Sequence record: SRR33789315_132
DNA length: 64,000 nucleotides
Direction: 5' to 3' (one strand)
Below are positions 1 through 9,906 of the stretch, piece by piece. A program made the position numbers and the translations under genes. Below the pieces are notes generated by a model that was given only the letters and a program-made list of their open reading frames with translations, had not been told where the DNA came from and made no database searches. Position 1 is the stretch's first letter; the number at the start of each line of letters is the position of its first letter.

Positions 1-118
1 GCTAGAGGGCGAAGTCGTCGATCTTAAAGAAGGTCAAGATGCGATTGAAGAGCGCGCTCGTAGCGAGTTTGGGATGGTGAAGGAAGGGGAGACCCTCTAC
101 ATCATCGTGGACGAGTAG
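1..118 (+). CDS. ftsB: Cell division protein FtsB, 3' end (partial)
   Basis: Frame from base 2 reads [38 protein letters not shown]-stop (FtsB IEERAR..GM.K.GE motif); canonical position upstream of ispD. Confidence 0.9.
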   Translation, partial: LEGEVVDLKEGQDAIEERARSEFGMVKEGETLYIIVDE

Positions 119-215
119 AGTGAGTTTATAAGGAATTTGTCGATGCCGGTGTAAGCCGGCATCGACGCTTCTAGGGTTGTGTATTTCGTAAGTCTGGATT
201 TCAAGCGGATAGTCT

Positions 216-917
216 ATGGCAATTTGGGCAATAGTGCCGGCAGCCGGTGTTGGCGCACGCATGAACAGTGAGATGCCTAAACAGTATCTCCCTCTCAATG
301 GACAATCCGTCATTGCTCATACTTTAGAACGCCTTTCAGGCATTGAGGATCTACGGGCAACAGTGGTCGCATTGCACCCAAATGATGCGCTTTGGGCTGA
401 GCATGGAGTGGCGCTAAGAGACGGATTGATGACCTGCAGTGGTGGCGAGCAGCGCTGCCAATCGGTACTTAATGGACTCTACGCCCTGGCAGGTTTGGCA
501 GACGATGACGATTGGGTATTAGTGCATGATGCAGTTCGACCCTGTGTTCGAATAGACGATATTGAGGGCTTGCTACGCGAGATTGAGAATCATCCTGTCG
601 GGGGATTACTCGGTGTGCCGGTGAGCAGTACCTTGAAGCTCGCGAATCAACAGGGCGATATCGTCGCTACGCTGCCACGCGACGATATGTGGCAGGCGAG
701 CACGCCACAGGCATTTCGCTATGGCCAATTGCGTCAAGTATTGGAACAGTCTGTCGCGGCAGGTGACTTCGTGACAGATGAAGCTGCAGCGATGGAGAAG
801 GCTGGATATACACCCCGTCTGGTGCGAGGTGGTGCTGACAATATCAAGATTACTTTTCCCGATGATCTGCGCATGGCGGGCGTGATCTTAAAAGCACAGG
901 CCGATAACGAGGCGTAG
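216..917 (+). CDS. ispD: 2-C-methyl-D-erythritol 4-phosphate cytidylyltransferase
   Basis: PAAGVGARM..PKQY, VLVHDAVRP, TPQ.F, TDEA, NIKIT.P.DL motifs. Confidence 0.97.
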   Translation: MAIWAIVPAAGVGARMNSEMPKQYLPLNGQSVIAHTLERLSGIEDLRATVVALHPNDALWAEHGVALRDGLMTCSGGEQRCQSVLNGLYALAGLADDDDWVLVHDAVRPCVRIDDIEGLLREIENHPVGGLLGVPVSSTLKLANQQGDIVATLPRDDMWQASTPQAFRYGQLRQVLEQSVAAGDFVTDEAAAMEKAGYTPRLVRGGADNIKITFPDDLRMAGVILKAQADNEA

Positions 918-924
918 AAAGATT

Positions 925-1434
925 ATGTGGGATCGAATTAGAACAGGGCATGGCTACGACGCGCATCGCTTCGCCGAGACCGCGTTACCCGACAAACCAT
1001 TAGTTTTAGGCGGTGTGACAATCGCCCATGATAAGAGCCTGCTTGCTCATTCCGATGGCGACGCGGTCATTCATGCACTTTGTGATGCCTTGTTGGGCGC
1101 TATCGCTAAAGGGGATATTGGGCGCCATTTTCCCGACACCGATGCGCAGTTTAGCAATATAGACAGTGGCGTGTTATTGCAGCGAGTGTGCGATTTCTTG
1201 CGTGTAGACGAATGGCTAATCGGCAATGTCGATATCACGATACTTGCGCAGGCGCCTCGCATGGCCCCGTACATAGAAAAGATGTGTGAACGTCTTGCAG
1301 GCCTTATGAAAATTACGGCACAGCAGGTTAATGTGAAAGCCTCCACTACAGAGGGAATGGGTTTCGTAGGGCGTAAAGAAGGGATTGAAACGTATGCCGT
1401 GGTGTTAATTTATCGCGACAATCATGACTCATGA
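925..1434 (+). CDS. ispF: 2-C-methyl-D-erythritol 2,4-cyclodiphosphate synthase
   Basis: GHGYDAH, HSDGD..IHALCDALLGA, DIG.HFPD, VNVKA.T.E motifs. Confidence 0.97.
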   Translation: MWDRIRTGHGYDAHRFAETALPDKPLVLGGVTIAHDKSLLAHSDGDAVIHALCDALLGAIAKGDIGRHFPDTDAQFSNIDSGVLLQRVCDFLRVDEWLIGNVDITILAQAPRMAPYIEKMCERLAGLMKITAQQVNVKASTTEGMGFVGRKEGIETYAVVLIYRDNHDS

Positions 1435-1470
1435 AGACGCGATTTTTGCGCCACACTGTAGGAAAGCAAG

Positions 1471-2553
1471 ATGAATGAAGCGCAGGATGCGTACGCACGT
1501 TTAGGTTTCGCTTATGGATCCCCGCTAGCGGAAGCCGTTTTTAAGCAAACTGCGCAAGACTTTCGTGTTAGTGAAGACTTAGGCTTTGAGCTTAGTGGCG
1601 AGGGCGAGCACTTGTGTTTGCATATACGCAAAACAGAAGTGAACACGCAGCATGTCGTAAGACACCTAGCGCGGCTGGCAAACGTTCGAGAGCGCGATAT
1701 TGGCTATGCAGGCTTAAAAGATCACATGGGCGTTTGCGAGCAGTGGTTAAGTATCTATCAGCCGCAAGCGCAGGAGATCGATTTTAGCAGTCTCTCCGAG
1801 ATTGGAGTTGAGGTGCTAAACAGTGTGCGCAATAGCCGCAAGATTCGCCGCGGAAGTCATCGTAGTAATGGGTTTCTCATAGTATTGCATGGGCTCGCGA
1901 ATCACCGTGCTGGGCAATTGCAGTTCTCTGAGTTACAAGCAGATTTAGAAACGCGTCTGCTATCGATTCGTGCCCAAGGTGTGCCAAATTATTTTGGCGA
2001 ACAACGTTTCGGGCATGCGCATAGTAATATCTTGATGGCGAAGCGTTTGTTTAGCGGAGAGTTACGCCTCAAGAAAGGGTTTAAGCGCGGCATGCTGCTT
2101 TCCGCGGCCCGCTCATACGTGTTCAACGCAGTCTTGAGTGAGCGCGTTACCCAAAAAAATTGGAATCAACACTTGGCGGGGGATGTCATGAATCTCGCCG
2201 GCACGGGCAGCGTGTTCGAGGCCTTAGAGTGGGATGAGAAACTCGCCGAACGTTTAGCCAGTTTAGATATTCATCCCACAGGGCCGCTTTGGGGGAAAGG
2301 GGCACTGCGCAGCAGCGCCGATGCCGAGACCTTGGAGCTGGCGATAGCGTCATCCCAACAAGCCCTTTGTGAGGGCTTGGAAGCGGCTGGCCTGGAACAG
2401 TCGCGGCGAACCCTGCGCCTCATTGCCGCCGATTTGCAATGGAAGTGGTTGGATGAAGAGAGCTTGGAATTGAGTTTCGCGTTACCCCCTGGTACTTATG
2501 CCACTGCGGTACTTCGCGAGCTGGCGGTGCTTAAAGAGGCAAAGAACGAGTGA
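1471..2553 (+). CDS. truD: tRNA pseudouridine(13) synthase
   Basis: DFRVSE, GYAGLKD, GVPNYFGEQRFG, SAARS..FN, F.LP.G.YAT..LRE motifs. Confidence 0.96.
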   Translation: MNEAQDAYARLGFAYGSPLAEAVFKQTAQDFRVSEDLGFELSGEGEHLCLHIRKTEVNTQHVVRHLARLANVRERDIGYAGLKDHMGVCEQWLSIYQPQAQEIDFSSLSEIGVEVLNSVRNSRKIRRGSHRSNGFLIVLHGLANHRAGQLQFSELQADLETRLLSIRAQGVPNYFGEQRFGHAHSNILMAKRLFSGELRLKKGFKRGMLLSAARSYVFNAVLSERVTQKNWNQHLAGDVMNLAGTGSVFEALEWDEKLAERLASLDIHPTGPLWGKGALRSSADAETLELAIASSQQALCEGLEAAGLEQSRRTLRLIAADLQWKWLDEESLELSFALPPGTYATAVLRELAVLKEAKNE

Positions 2554-3236
2554 CGACAATGAATTTAGCGGGCATAGGCATGACCTCGCAGCGCACTAGG
2601 GAACGACTAGTCGGGCGATTATTGGAACAAGGTATTAAGCATTGGGGCGTCTTGGATGTATTCCGCAGCACCCCGCGTCATATTTTCCTTGAAGAGGCGC
2701 TTTCCCATCGTGCCTACGAGGATGTGTCGCTGCCTATCGGCTATAACCAGACTATCTCTCAGCCCTATATTGTCGCCAAGATGACCGAGGCAGTGCTCAA
2801 CAATCACCCTGCGCTAGAGCAAGGAAAACTGAATAATGTGTTAGAGATAGGCACCGGTTGCGGCTATCAGACTGCCATCATTGCGCAGCTCGCTCGCAAG
2901 GTGTATTCGGTAGAGCGTATTAAGCCCTTGCTCGAGAAGGCGCGTAAGAATATCCGCCTACTCGGGTTAAACAATGTGCAATTCAAGCACGATGACGGCA
3001 GTTTGGGTTGGAAGGAAAAAGGCCCATTCGATGCCATAATTGCAGCGGCTGCCCCCCAGCATGTGCCCGAGGAGTTATTAGCGCAATTGGCCGATGGCGG
3101 GCGCTTGATCATCCCCGTTGGCGGCGAAGACATGCAGGAATTGCGATTGATTACTCGGCAGGGTGATGAGTTTCAAACCGTTGTCATAGCGGCAGTGCGT
3201 TTCGTTCCTCTCTTTATTGGCTCGATTCAGAGCTAG
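2550..3236 (+). CDS. pcm: Protein-L-isoaspartate O-methyltransferase
   Basis: GMTSQRTRERL, QTISQPY, VLEIGTGCGYQ, GPFDAII, VRFVPL. Confidence 0.97.
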   Translation: MTTMNLAGIGMTSQRTRERLVGRLLEQGIKHWGVLDVFRSTPRHIFLEEALSHRAYEDVSLPIGYNQTISQPYIVAKMTEAVLNNHPALEQGKLNNVLEIGTGCGYQTAIIAQLARKVYSVERIKPLLEKARKNIRLLGLNNVQFKHDDGSLGWKEKGPFDAIIAAAAPQHVPEELLAQLADGGRLIIPVGGEDMQELRLITRQGDEFQTVVIAAVRFVPLFIGSIQS

Positions 3237-3254
3237 GCGCTGCAGCGGAGTCCT

Positions 3255-4175
3255 ATGGAAGTTTCCTCAGCAAAGACCTTGAAAGGAAGATTGCTCGTGC
3301 TTTTAAAAGGCATGGCGATGGGGGTGGCTGATTCAGTTCCTGGAGTGTCCGGTGGCACCATAGCGGTGATGGCAGGAATCTACGAGGAATTAATCCATTC
3401 CCTGAAGAACCTCAACCCAGTGGCACTTTGGGCTTATCGTAATCGCGGCCTCGCGGGATTCTGGGAAAGCATCAATGGCAGTTTCCTGCTGGCCTTACTA
3501 TTAGGCATTGTGACCGCGCTTTTTCTAAGCGCCAATACTGTGCTGTACCTTCTGGAGAGCCACTACCCTCAGCTTATGGCGTTTTTTTGTGGCCTAGTGC
3601 TTGCCTCCACCTTCTTCCTGCGGCGTCAGGTTAAGCAATGGGGGCGTGTAGAAGTCTCATTCTTATTACTTGGCGTAGCTCTCACCCTGCTGATTGCCTT
3701 TATTAACCCTTTGGCAGGGCAGACTGGCTACGTTTACCTGTTCCTGTGCGGCGCAATCGCGATAAGTGCCATGATACTGCCCGGCATATCTGGCGCTTTC
3801 ATTCTATTGTTATTGGGTGTCTATGATTACGTGCTCGCGGCATTGCGGGCACTCGATATCGGCGTGATCGTAGTCTTCGCGGCAGGTTGCGCCACGGGCC
3901 TGCTTAGTTTCTCGCATTTGTTGTCGTGGACGTTCCGACACTACCGCAAACAGACCTACTCCTTCCTTACAGGCATGTTATTGGCCTCCATCGTTGTCTT
4001 ATGGCCATGGAAGGTGCAGCCCGAACACGGCGCTGTTGGGGCCAGCTATTTGTCTCCTAGTGGCTATGCTACGCTTACGGGACACCCCGAAAGCATACTA
4101 AGTGCGCTCGTCCTGTTCATGCTGGGCTTTGCTTTAGTGACTATTTTTGAAAGAATCAGCCGCAGTAGCGCCTGA
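3255..4175 (+). CDS. DUF368 family membrane protein (undecaprenyl-phosphate translocase family)
   Basis: Two signature motifs KG.AMG.AD.VPGVSGGTIA and AMILPGISG; multiple TM segments. Confidence 0.9.
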   Translation: MEVSSAKTLKGRLLVLLKGMAMGVADSVPGVSGGTIAVMAGIYEELIHSLKNLNPVALWAYRNRGLAGFWESINGSFLLALLLGIVTALFLSANTVLYLLESHYPQLMAFFCGLVLASTFFLRRQVKQWGRVEVSFLLLGVALTLLIAFINPLAGQTGYVYLFLCGAIAISAMILPGISGAFILLLLGVYDYVLAALRALDIGVIVVFAAGCATGLLSFSHLLSWTFRHYRKQTYSFLTGMLLASIVVLWPWKVQPEHGAVGASYLSPSGYATLTGHPESILSALVLFMLGFALVTIFERISRSSA

Positions 4176-4211
4176 GTCGCTGCCTTCAATGCCTAAAACT
4201 ATGGAACCGTT

Positions 4212-5324
4212 ATGTTGAATGCAATCTTGTCATTACGCCCGCCACGTCCTGCCACATTGGGACAGATTGGGTTGCTGCTGGCTGTATTATTATTGCAAGC
4301 GTGTGGTGGACACTATCAAGCGCCTCTGGATGATCAGAGTCGTGTGTTGGAGCGTCAAGCGCCTCCCATTTATTCAACGACGGGAAGCAATACCACTCCT
4401 CCTCCAGTATCCTCCAACACCTCCACTAGCAATGTGACGTCATCGGTGGCTGCAGGAGTGCGAGTGCAACCTGCTCCAGGGGTAAGTGTGAATGTGGCGA
4501 ACGAACCCAGCGCAATTCGACGCAGTAGTATAGGGCGGGCACCCATTGATGGCGCGGCCGCTACAAGTACTGGAAGCGCAGCAAGTAGTAGCTCTGCAGT
4601 CACCAGTGCAGGCAGTGCGCCAAGCGATGCAATCGCAAGTGCAGTTCCCGTTGCCCCCACATCGCAAACGCATACCGTTATGCGTGGCGATACCTTGTAT
4701 TCAATCGCTTGGCGCTACTCAGTGGATTATCGAGCTCTCGCCTTAGCGAATAACCTGCCGCCTCCCTATACCATCTATCCTAATCAGCAGCTCAATGTGA
4801 ACATCGGCAATATATCCAATAATGCGATAGAGAACGTGCCAAGCATTCCTGTTGCACCTGCCGGAGACCCAGCGGTCAACGTAGGCCAAAGACCAATGGC
4901 TGCCGAGGCAAATCGGCGCGTTGGCAATGTGCCTACCAGAATGGTGGACGGGGTTTCTTGGCAATGGCCTATCGAAGGGCGCGTGTTGCGAGCCTATAGT
5001 GCGAGTGCAGCGAGCACCAGTAAGGGCATCGATATCGGGGGACGTCGCGGCGAACCAGTCTATGCCGCTGCAGACGGCGACGTGGTTTACTCTGGACGTG
5101 GCATTCAAGGGCAGGGCGATTTGATCATCATCCGTCACAACGCTCGTTATCTATCAGCCTATTCCCACAACAGCAATATGCTCGTGACCGAAGGCGCTCG
5201 AATTCGAGCGGGAGACAAAATCGCAGAGGTCGGGACCGACCCGCGCGGTTCCGAACTTCTGCATTTCGAAGTCCGTGTCGACGGTAAACCTGCCGATCCT
5301 AGTCAATACCTCCCGCAACGCTAG
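4212..5324 (+). CDS. nlpD: Lipoprotein NlpD (LysM + M23 domain)
   Basis: Lipobox LLQAC, LysM HTVMRGDTLYSIAW, M23 KGIDIGG...SAYSHN...LHFEVR; located before rpoS. Confidence 0.93.
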   Translation: MLNAILSLRPPRPATLGQIGLLLAVLLLQACGGHYQAPLDDQSRVLERQAPPIYSTTGSNTTPPPVSSNTSTSNVTSSVAAGVRVQPAPGVSVNVANEPSAIRRSSIGRAPIDGAAATSTGSAASSSSAVTSAGSAPSDAIASAVPVAPTSQTHTVMRGDTLYSIAWRYSVDYRALALANNLPPPYTIYPNQQLNVNIGNISNNAIENVPSIPVAPAGDPAVNVGQRPMAAEANRRVGNVPTRMVDGVSWQWPIEGRVLRAYSASAASTSKGIDIGGRRGEPVYAAADGDVVYSGRGIQGQGDLIIIRHNARYLSAYSHNSNMLVTEGARIRAGDKIAEVGTDPRGSELLHFEVRVDGKPADPSQYLPQR

Positions 5325-5332
5325 AGTGTTTC

Positions 5333-5360
5333 TTGCCTGCGGCGATTTTCGCGCAGGCAA
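5333..5360 (+). terminator. Stem-loop after nlpD (possible terminator)
   Basis: TTGCCTGC-G-GCGA-TTT-TCGC-GCAGGCAA; weak U-tract. Confidence 0.5.
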
Positions 5361-5522
5361 ATCTTCCTGTATAAATTCCTAGATCTCAATCAATCGTTCA
5401 ATTAGCGAGATTTTTTGTTGTCCCGTTAAAATGACGGTGCTAGTATTTTTGTTAGTGGAGATTCGGAACGAGCGTTGTAGCAAGCGTAAATTTACTCATC
5501 TCTCCTTTGCAGCTACTCCGAG

Positions 5523-5549
5523 TCTCCTTAATGCGGGTGCATAAGGAGA
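5523..5549 (+). promoter_or_regulatory. Hairpin sequestering the rpoS Shine-Dalgarno
   Basis: TCTCCTT-A-ATGC-GGGT-GCAT-AAGGAGA; the SD AAGGAG forms the 3' arm. Confidence 0.6.
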
Positions 5550-5555
5550 GTTTTC

Positions 5556-6557
5556 ATGGAAGACAATTCTCACGATGACAAGGAGCGCATCATGGTGCAA
5601 TTAGGAGAAAGCGAAGACGTAGACGTCGATCAACCGCAAGAAAAAGAGAACGGCTCGAGAGCGCGCATGGCTGTCAGGGAGTTTGTAAAAGACTTTGATT
5701 TAAAGGCAGAAAAGGCGGCAGGAAATAGGCGAGAAGCCGATGTGACACGCCTCTATCTCAACGAGATCGGCGCCGCCGATCTGCTCAGTCATGATGACGA
5801 AGTGCACTTCGCGAGACTCGCTCGGCGCGGCAGTGCCATTGGTAGGAAGCGGATGATCGTCAGCAATCTGCGCTTGGTGGTGCGCATCGCGCGGCGCTAT
5901 CTCAATCGCGGCTTAACCCTGTTAGATCTCGTGCAAGAAGGCAATCTTGGTCTTCTCCGCGCTGTCGAGAAATTCGATCCCGAGCGGGGTTTTCGTTTCT
6001 CAACCTATTCTACTTGGTGGATACGTCAGACGATTGAGCGAGCCTTGATGAATCAAACTCGCACAATTCGCCTACCTATTCATATCGTAAAGGAGCTTAA
6101 CAGTTATCTGCGAATCTCGCGGGAATGTCTAAATGAGAATCTTCAAGAGGCGGTGCCGGAACAGATTGCTCAAGCCCTCAACAAACCGCTCGCCGACGTG
6201 CAGCGCATCCTTGCCTACAACGAGAGGGCTATTTCCGCCGATAGCGCCTTAGTGCCCGGGCAGGAACAAACCATCCTAGAAACGATTCCGGCGCCGCAAG
6301 AGAGCACGCCAAACGAAGTGCTGTTAGATCAAGAGGTCAGTGAGGCCGTATTGGCATGGCTGCACATGCTCAACACTAAGCAATGCGACGTAATCGTGAG
6401 GCGCTTTGGATTTCACGGACACGACGCGGGCACCTTAGAGCAGGTAGGGCGTGAGATAGGCCTTACTCGTGAGCGAGTACGGCAGATTCAATTGGAGGCG
6501 CTTGATAAGTTACGGGAGCTTGCGGCGGAATCTGGTTTCGACTCTAAGAGCTGGTGA
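5556..6557 (+). CDS. rpoS: RNA polymerase sigma factor RpoS
   Basis: [71 protein letters not shown]; downstream of nlpD. Confidence 0.93.
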   Translation: MEDNSHDDKERIMVQLGESEDVDVDQPQEKENGSRARMAVREFVKDFDLKAEKAAGNRREADVTRLYLNEIGAADLLSHDDEVHFARLARRGSAIGRKRMIVSNLRLVVRIARRYLNRGLTLLDLVQEGNLGLLRAVEKFDPERGFRFSTYSTWWIRQTIERALMNQTRTIRLPIHIVKELNSYLRISRECLNENLQEAVPEQIAQALNKPLADVQRILAYNERAISADSALVPGQEQTILETIPAPQESTPNEVLLDQEVSEAVLAWLHMLNTKQCDVIVRRFGFHGHDAGTLEQVGREIGLTRERVRQIQLEALDKLRELAAESGFDSKSW

Positions 6558-6567
6558 GGGTAGATAC

Positions 6568-6592
6568 GGAGCCTTCTCATGTAGAAGGCTCC
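6568..6592. terminator. Hairpin between convergent rpoS and fdxA
   Basis: GGAGCCTTCT-CATGT-AGAAGGCTCC perfect 10-bp stem. Confidence 0.7.
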
Positions 6593-6614
6593 CTAGTAAA
6601 CACTAGCCGAGAGA

Positions 6615-6947
6615 TTACTCGGCCTCTTTCACTAGATGCTCAATCTTTCCGGGCACACCTTTCCACTTTTCGGCATCTTCCAATGCCGGTTTCATCTCGG
6701 TGATATTGGGCCATTTCTCGGCGAGTTCGGCATTGAGCGCCAGGAACTGCTGCTGATCATCGGGCAACTCGTCCTCGGCGTAGATTGCATCTACCGGACA
6801 TTCTGGCTCGCATAGAGCGCAGTCTATGCACTCGTCTGGGTGGATTACCAGGAAATTAGGGCCTTCATAGAAACAGTCCACGGGGCAAACTTCCACACAG
6901 TCTGTGTGCTTACAAAGTATGCAGTTTTCGCCAACAACAAATGTCAT
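6615..6947 (-). CDS. fdxA: 7Fe ferredoxin
   Basis: [17 protein letters not shown] and [12 protein letters not shown]; lies between rpoS and mutS. Confidence 0.95.
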   Translation of the reverse strand: MTFVVGENCILCKHTDCVEVCPVDCFYEGPNFLVIHPDECIDCALCEPECPVDAIYAEDELPDDQQQFLALNAELAEKWPNITEMKPALEDAEKWKGVPGKIEHLVKEAE

Positions 6948-7062
6948 GATCTCTCCATCTCACTGGGCCCGAGTAGTCGGGGGTCATTCAAAGGGGCCAA
7001 TTATAAATAGGTTGCCCCAAACATGGAAAATTCTTTTTCCAATATCCCCACTAATTCTGCCT

Positions 7063-9660
7063 TCACAGGCCTTGTTTGAGCTTATAAAGCAACTCTAGGG
7101 CCTGCCTAGCCGATAAATCGTCCGGATTGAGGCGTTTTAACTCGCCAAGCACTGGGTGCTCCGGTTCGACAAAAAGTTCGGCCTGCCAAGGCGCCTGCTT
7201 GCTGTTAGGTGTGCGAGCTTGCTCTTTGGTGAGGCTGTCGCGCTCTAATTGCAGGAGTTTCTCACGTGCCTGTTTTATCACGGGCATAGGGACGCCAGCC
7301 AGCTGGGCCACTTGCAGCCCATAACTTTGGTTAGCAGGGCCTTCTTTCACGCTATGCAGGAACACGATGCCATCGTCATGTTCCGAGGCATCGAGATGGA
7401 CATTGGATATGGTCTCGAACTGCTCAGGCAGTGCAGTTAACTCGAAGTAATGAGTGGCGAACAGCGTCCAAGCATGCAGCCGCTGCGCAATATAGACCGC
7501 ACTCGCCCAGGCCAGAGAAAGCCCGTCGAAGGTGCTGGTCCCGCGACCGACCTCATCCATGAGCACGAGGCTTTGCGCGGTGGCATTGTGCAGGATATTG
7601 GCAGTCTCCGTCATCTCGACCATGAAGGTAGAGCGACCACCGGCTAGGTCATCGGATGAGCCGATGCGGGTGAAGATGCGATCGATGGGGCCGATATGAG
7701 CACTGCGCGCGGGGACGAAGCTCCCGGTGAAGGCCAGAAGTACAATGAGAGCCGTTTGGCGCATATAGGTCGATTTACCGCCCATATTCGGACCCGTAAT
7801 GATGAGCATGTGGCGCTTCGCATTGAACTCCACGTCATTCGCAACGAATACGCTAGTGCTGACTTGCTCCACCACGGGATGACGGCCTTGCTCGATTCGA
7901 ATGCCGGGTTCGTCGACAATTTGTGGTTGGCAGAAATCCAATGTTCGCGCACGCTCTGCAAAGGTGTTGAGCACGTCCAACTCTGCCAAAGCCGCGGCCG
8001 TGTTTAATAGTGGATTGAGGTCCTCGGCAATCGTCTCCAAGAGTTGATCGTAGAGCGCCTTCTCGCGAGTTAGTGCTTTGCTGTTGGCACTAAGCACCTT
8101 GTCTTCGAACAACTTTAGTTCCGGAGTTATAAAGCGTTCGGCGTTCTTTAGTGTCTGGCGGCGAATATAGTCTGCCGGCATCTCGCTAGCCTGACCTCTG
8201 CTCACTTCGATGTAGTAACCGTGCACGCGGTTATAGCCCACCTTTAGTGTGCTTAGGCCGGTGCGCGCCTTCTCTTGAATCTCTAAGTCGATGAGGTACT
8301 GTCCTGCGTTGCTGCTGAGATTGCGCAATTCATCGAGTTCCTCATCATAGCCCGGGGCAATCACACCGCCTTCGCGGATAACGACGGGGGGGTTATCGAT
8401 AATAGCGCCGCGCAGAAGTTGCGCGAGCTCGGGATAATCGCTGATCTGTGTCTGCAGCTCAGACAAGCGTGCTGATTCACTATTGCTCACGATTTCGGCT
8501 AGCTGGGTATGCAGCTGCGGCAGTATTGAAAGCGCGTCGCGCAATCGGGCTAGATCGCGGGGGCGTGCCGTGCGCAGACCCACCCTTGCCAATATGCGCT
8601 CGATATCTCCGATCTCGTGAAGGAGAGGGTGCAACTGCTCGAAGCGATACTGCTCGATTAGAGTCGCGACCACATGCTGACGATGCTCGAGGGTCCTCTT
8701 ATCCCGTAATGGTCTGTGCAACCACCGGCTCAAAAGTCGACCGCCCATCGCTGTGGCCGTGTTATCTAGCACGGACACGAGGGTGTTGTCGGTGCCACCA
8801 GAAAGATTGCGGTCCAACTCAAGATTGCGGCGGCTTGCGGCATCTAATAACAGCGCATCATTAGGCTGTTCCAGTTGCAGTGTCTGCACATGAGGCAATT
8901 GGGAGCGCTGTGTCTCGCAGGCATAAGCCAGCAAACAGCCCGCTGCCTCTAGCGCCACAGTCAATTCTTCACAGCCAAAGCCCTGTAGATCTCGAGTACC
9001 GAAATGCTGCGTTAGTGCGCGGCGACTGCTCTCTAGATCGAACTCCCAGAGAGGGCGCCGTCGAGCGCCTTGGCGTGTCTCTAATGCCTCTAGCGCTTGA
9101 ACGCTTTCGTTTAGTAGAAGTTCTGCGGGGCGTACTCGCTCGATCTCGCCTAACATTCCTTCATAGGAGCGCACTTCACTGAGCACAAAGCGGCCACTAC
9201 TGATATCTAACCAAGCGAGCCCGAAATGGCCTTCACTTGAATGGGTGCCGGTAATAGCCATGAGAATGCTGTCGCGGCGCTCATTGAGTAAGGCCTCATC
9301 ACTGAGCGTGCCGGGCGTGATAATGCGCACCACGGCGCGCTCCACAGGCCCTTTGCTAGTGGCCGGATCGCCGATCTGCTCACAAACGGCTACGGAGACA
9401 CCGGCCTCCACCAGCTTCGCGAGATAGCGATCCGCCGCATGGAAGGGGATGCCGCACATAGGGATGTCTTTACCATCGGTTTTACCGCGAGCGGTTAGGG
9501 TGATGTCGAGAATCTTAGAGGCCTTGCGGGCATCGTCGAAGAATAGCTCGTAGAAATCGCCCATGCGGTAGAACAGTAGGTCGTCAGGGTGCTGTGCCTT
9601 GAGGCGCAGAAACTGCTGCATCATGGGCGTGTGGTTAGCAAAATCCTTTTGTTCACTCAT
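7063..9660 (-). CDS. mutS: DNA mismatch repair protein MutS
   Basis: [50 protein letters not shown] clamp-binding motif. Confidence 0.99.
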   Translation of the reverse strand: MSEQKDFANHTPMMQQFLRLKAQHPDDLLFYRMGDFYELFFDDARKASKILDITLTARGKTDGKDIPMCGIPFHAADRYLAKLVEAGVSVAVCEQIGDPATSKGPVERAVVRIITPGTLSDEALLNERRDSILMAITGTHSSEGHFGLAWLDISSGRFVLSEVRSYEGMLGEIERVRPAELLLNESVQALEALETRQGARRRPLWEFDLESSRRALTQHFGTRDLQGFGCEELTVALEAAGCLLAYACETQRSQLPHVQTLQLEQPNDALLLDAASRRNLELDRNLSGGTDNTLVSVLDNTATAMGGRLLSRWLHRPLRDKRTLEHRQHVVATLIEQYRFEQLHPLLHEIGDIERILARVGLRTARPRDLARLRDALSILPQLHTQLAEIVSNSESARLSELQTQISDYPELAQLLRGAIIDNPPVVIREGGVIAPGYDEELDELRNLSSNAGQYLIDLEIQEKARTGLSTLKVGYNRVHGYYIEVSRGQASEMPADYIRRQTLKNAERFITPELKLFEDKVLSANSKALTREKALYDQLLETIAEDLNPLLNTAAALAELDVLNTFAERARTLDFCQPQIVDEPGIRIEQGRHPVVEQVSTSVFVANDVEFNAKRHMLIITGPNMGGKSTYMRQTALIVLLAFTGSFVPARSAHIGPIDRIFTRIGSSDDLAGGRSTFMVEMTETANILHNATAQSLVLMDEVGRGTSTFDGLSLAWASAVYIAQRLHAWTLFATHYFELTALPEQFETISNVHLDASEHDDGIVFLHSVKEGPANQSYGLQVAQLAGVPMPVIKQAREKLLQLERDSLTKEQARTPNSKQAPWQAELFVEPEHPVLGELKRLNPDDLSARQALELLYKLKQGL

Positions 9661-9906
9661 GCTGGTGTTTCATATTACTCATCTAGAACGGGAGGCTGTG
9701 CTGCGCGTGGTACAAATTCCAAAGGTTGAAGCAAAAATCAACTCAGAAATAAGGCGCATCAAATTGACTGCGCAGAGTAACAAACCCCTTGCGATTTGCA
9801 CAATGTTTCACACCGAAGTTGCGGCCGAAAACGCCTATCAAGCGTGGACTCATTGGGTTAATGCCACTATTCTCTGTCTATAACTCCAATAATTGATCAA
9901 AGTCCT

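Noticed and set aside
2-313. 103-aa minus-strand ORF
   Set aside because: Shadow of ftsB and ispD on the plus strand
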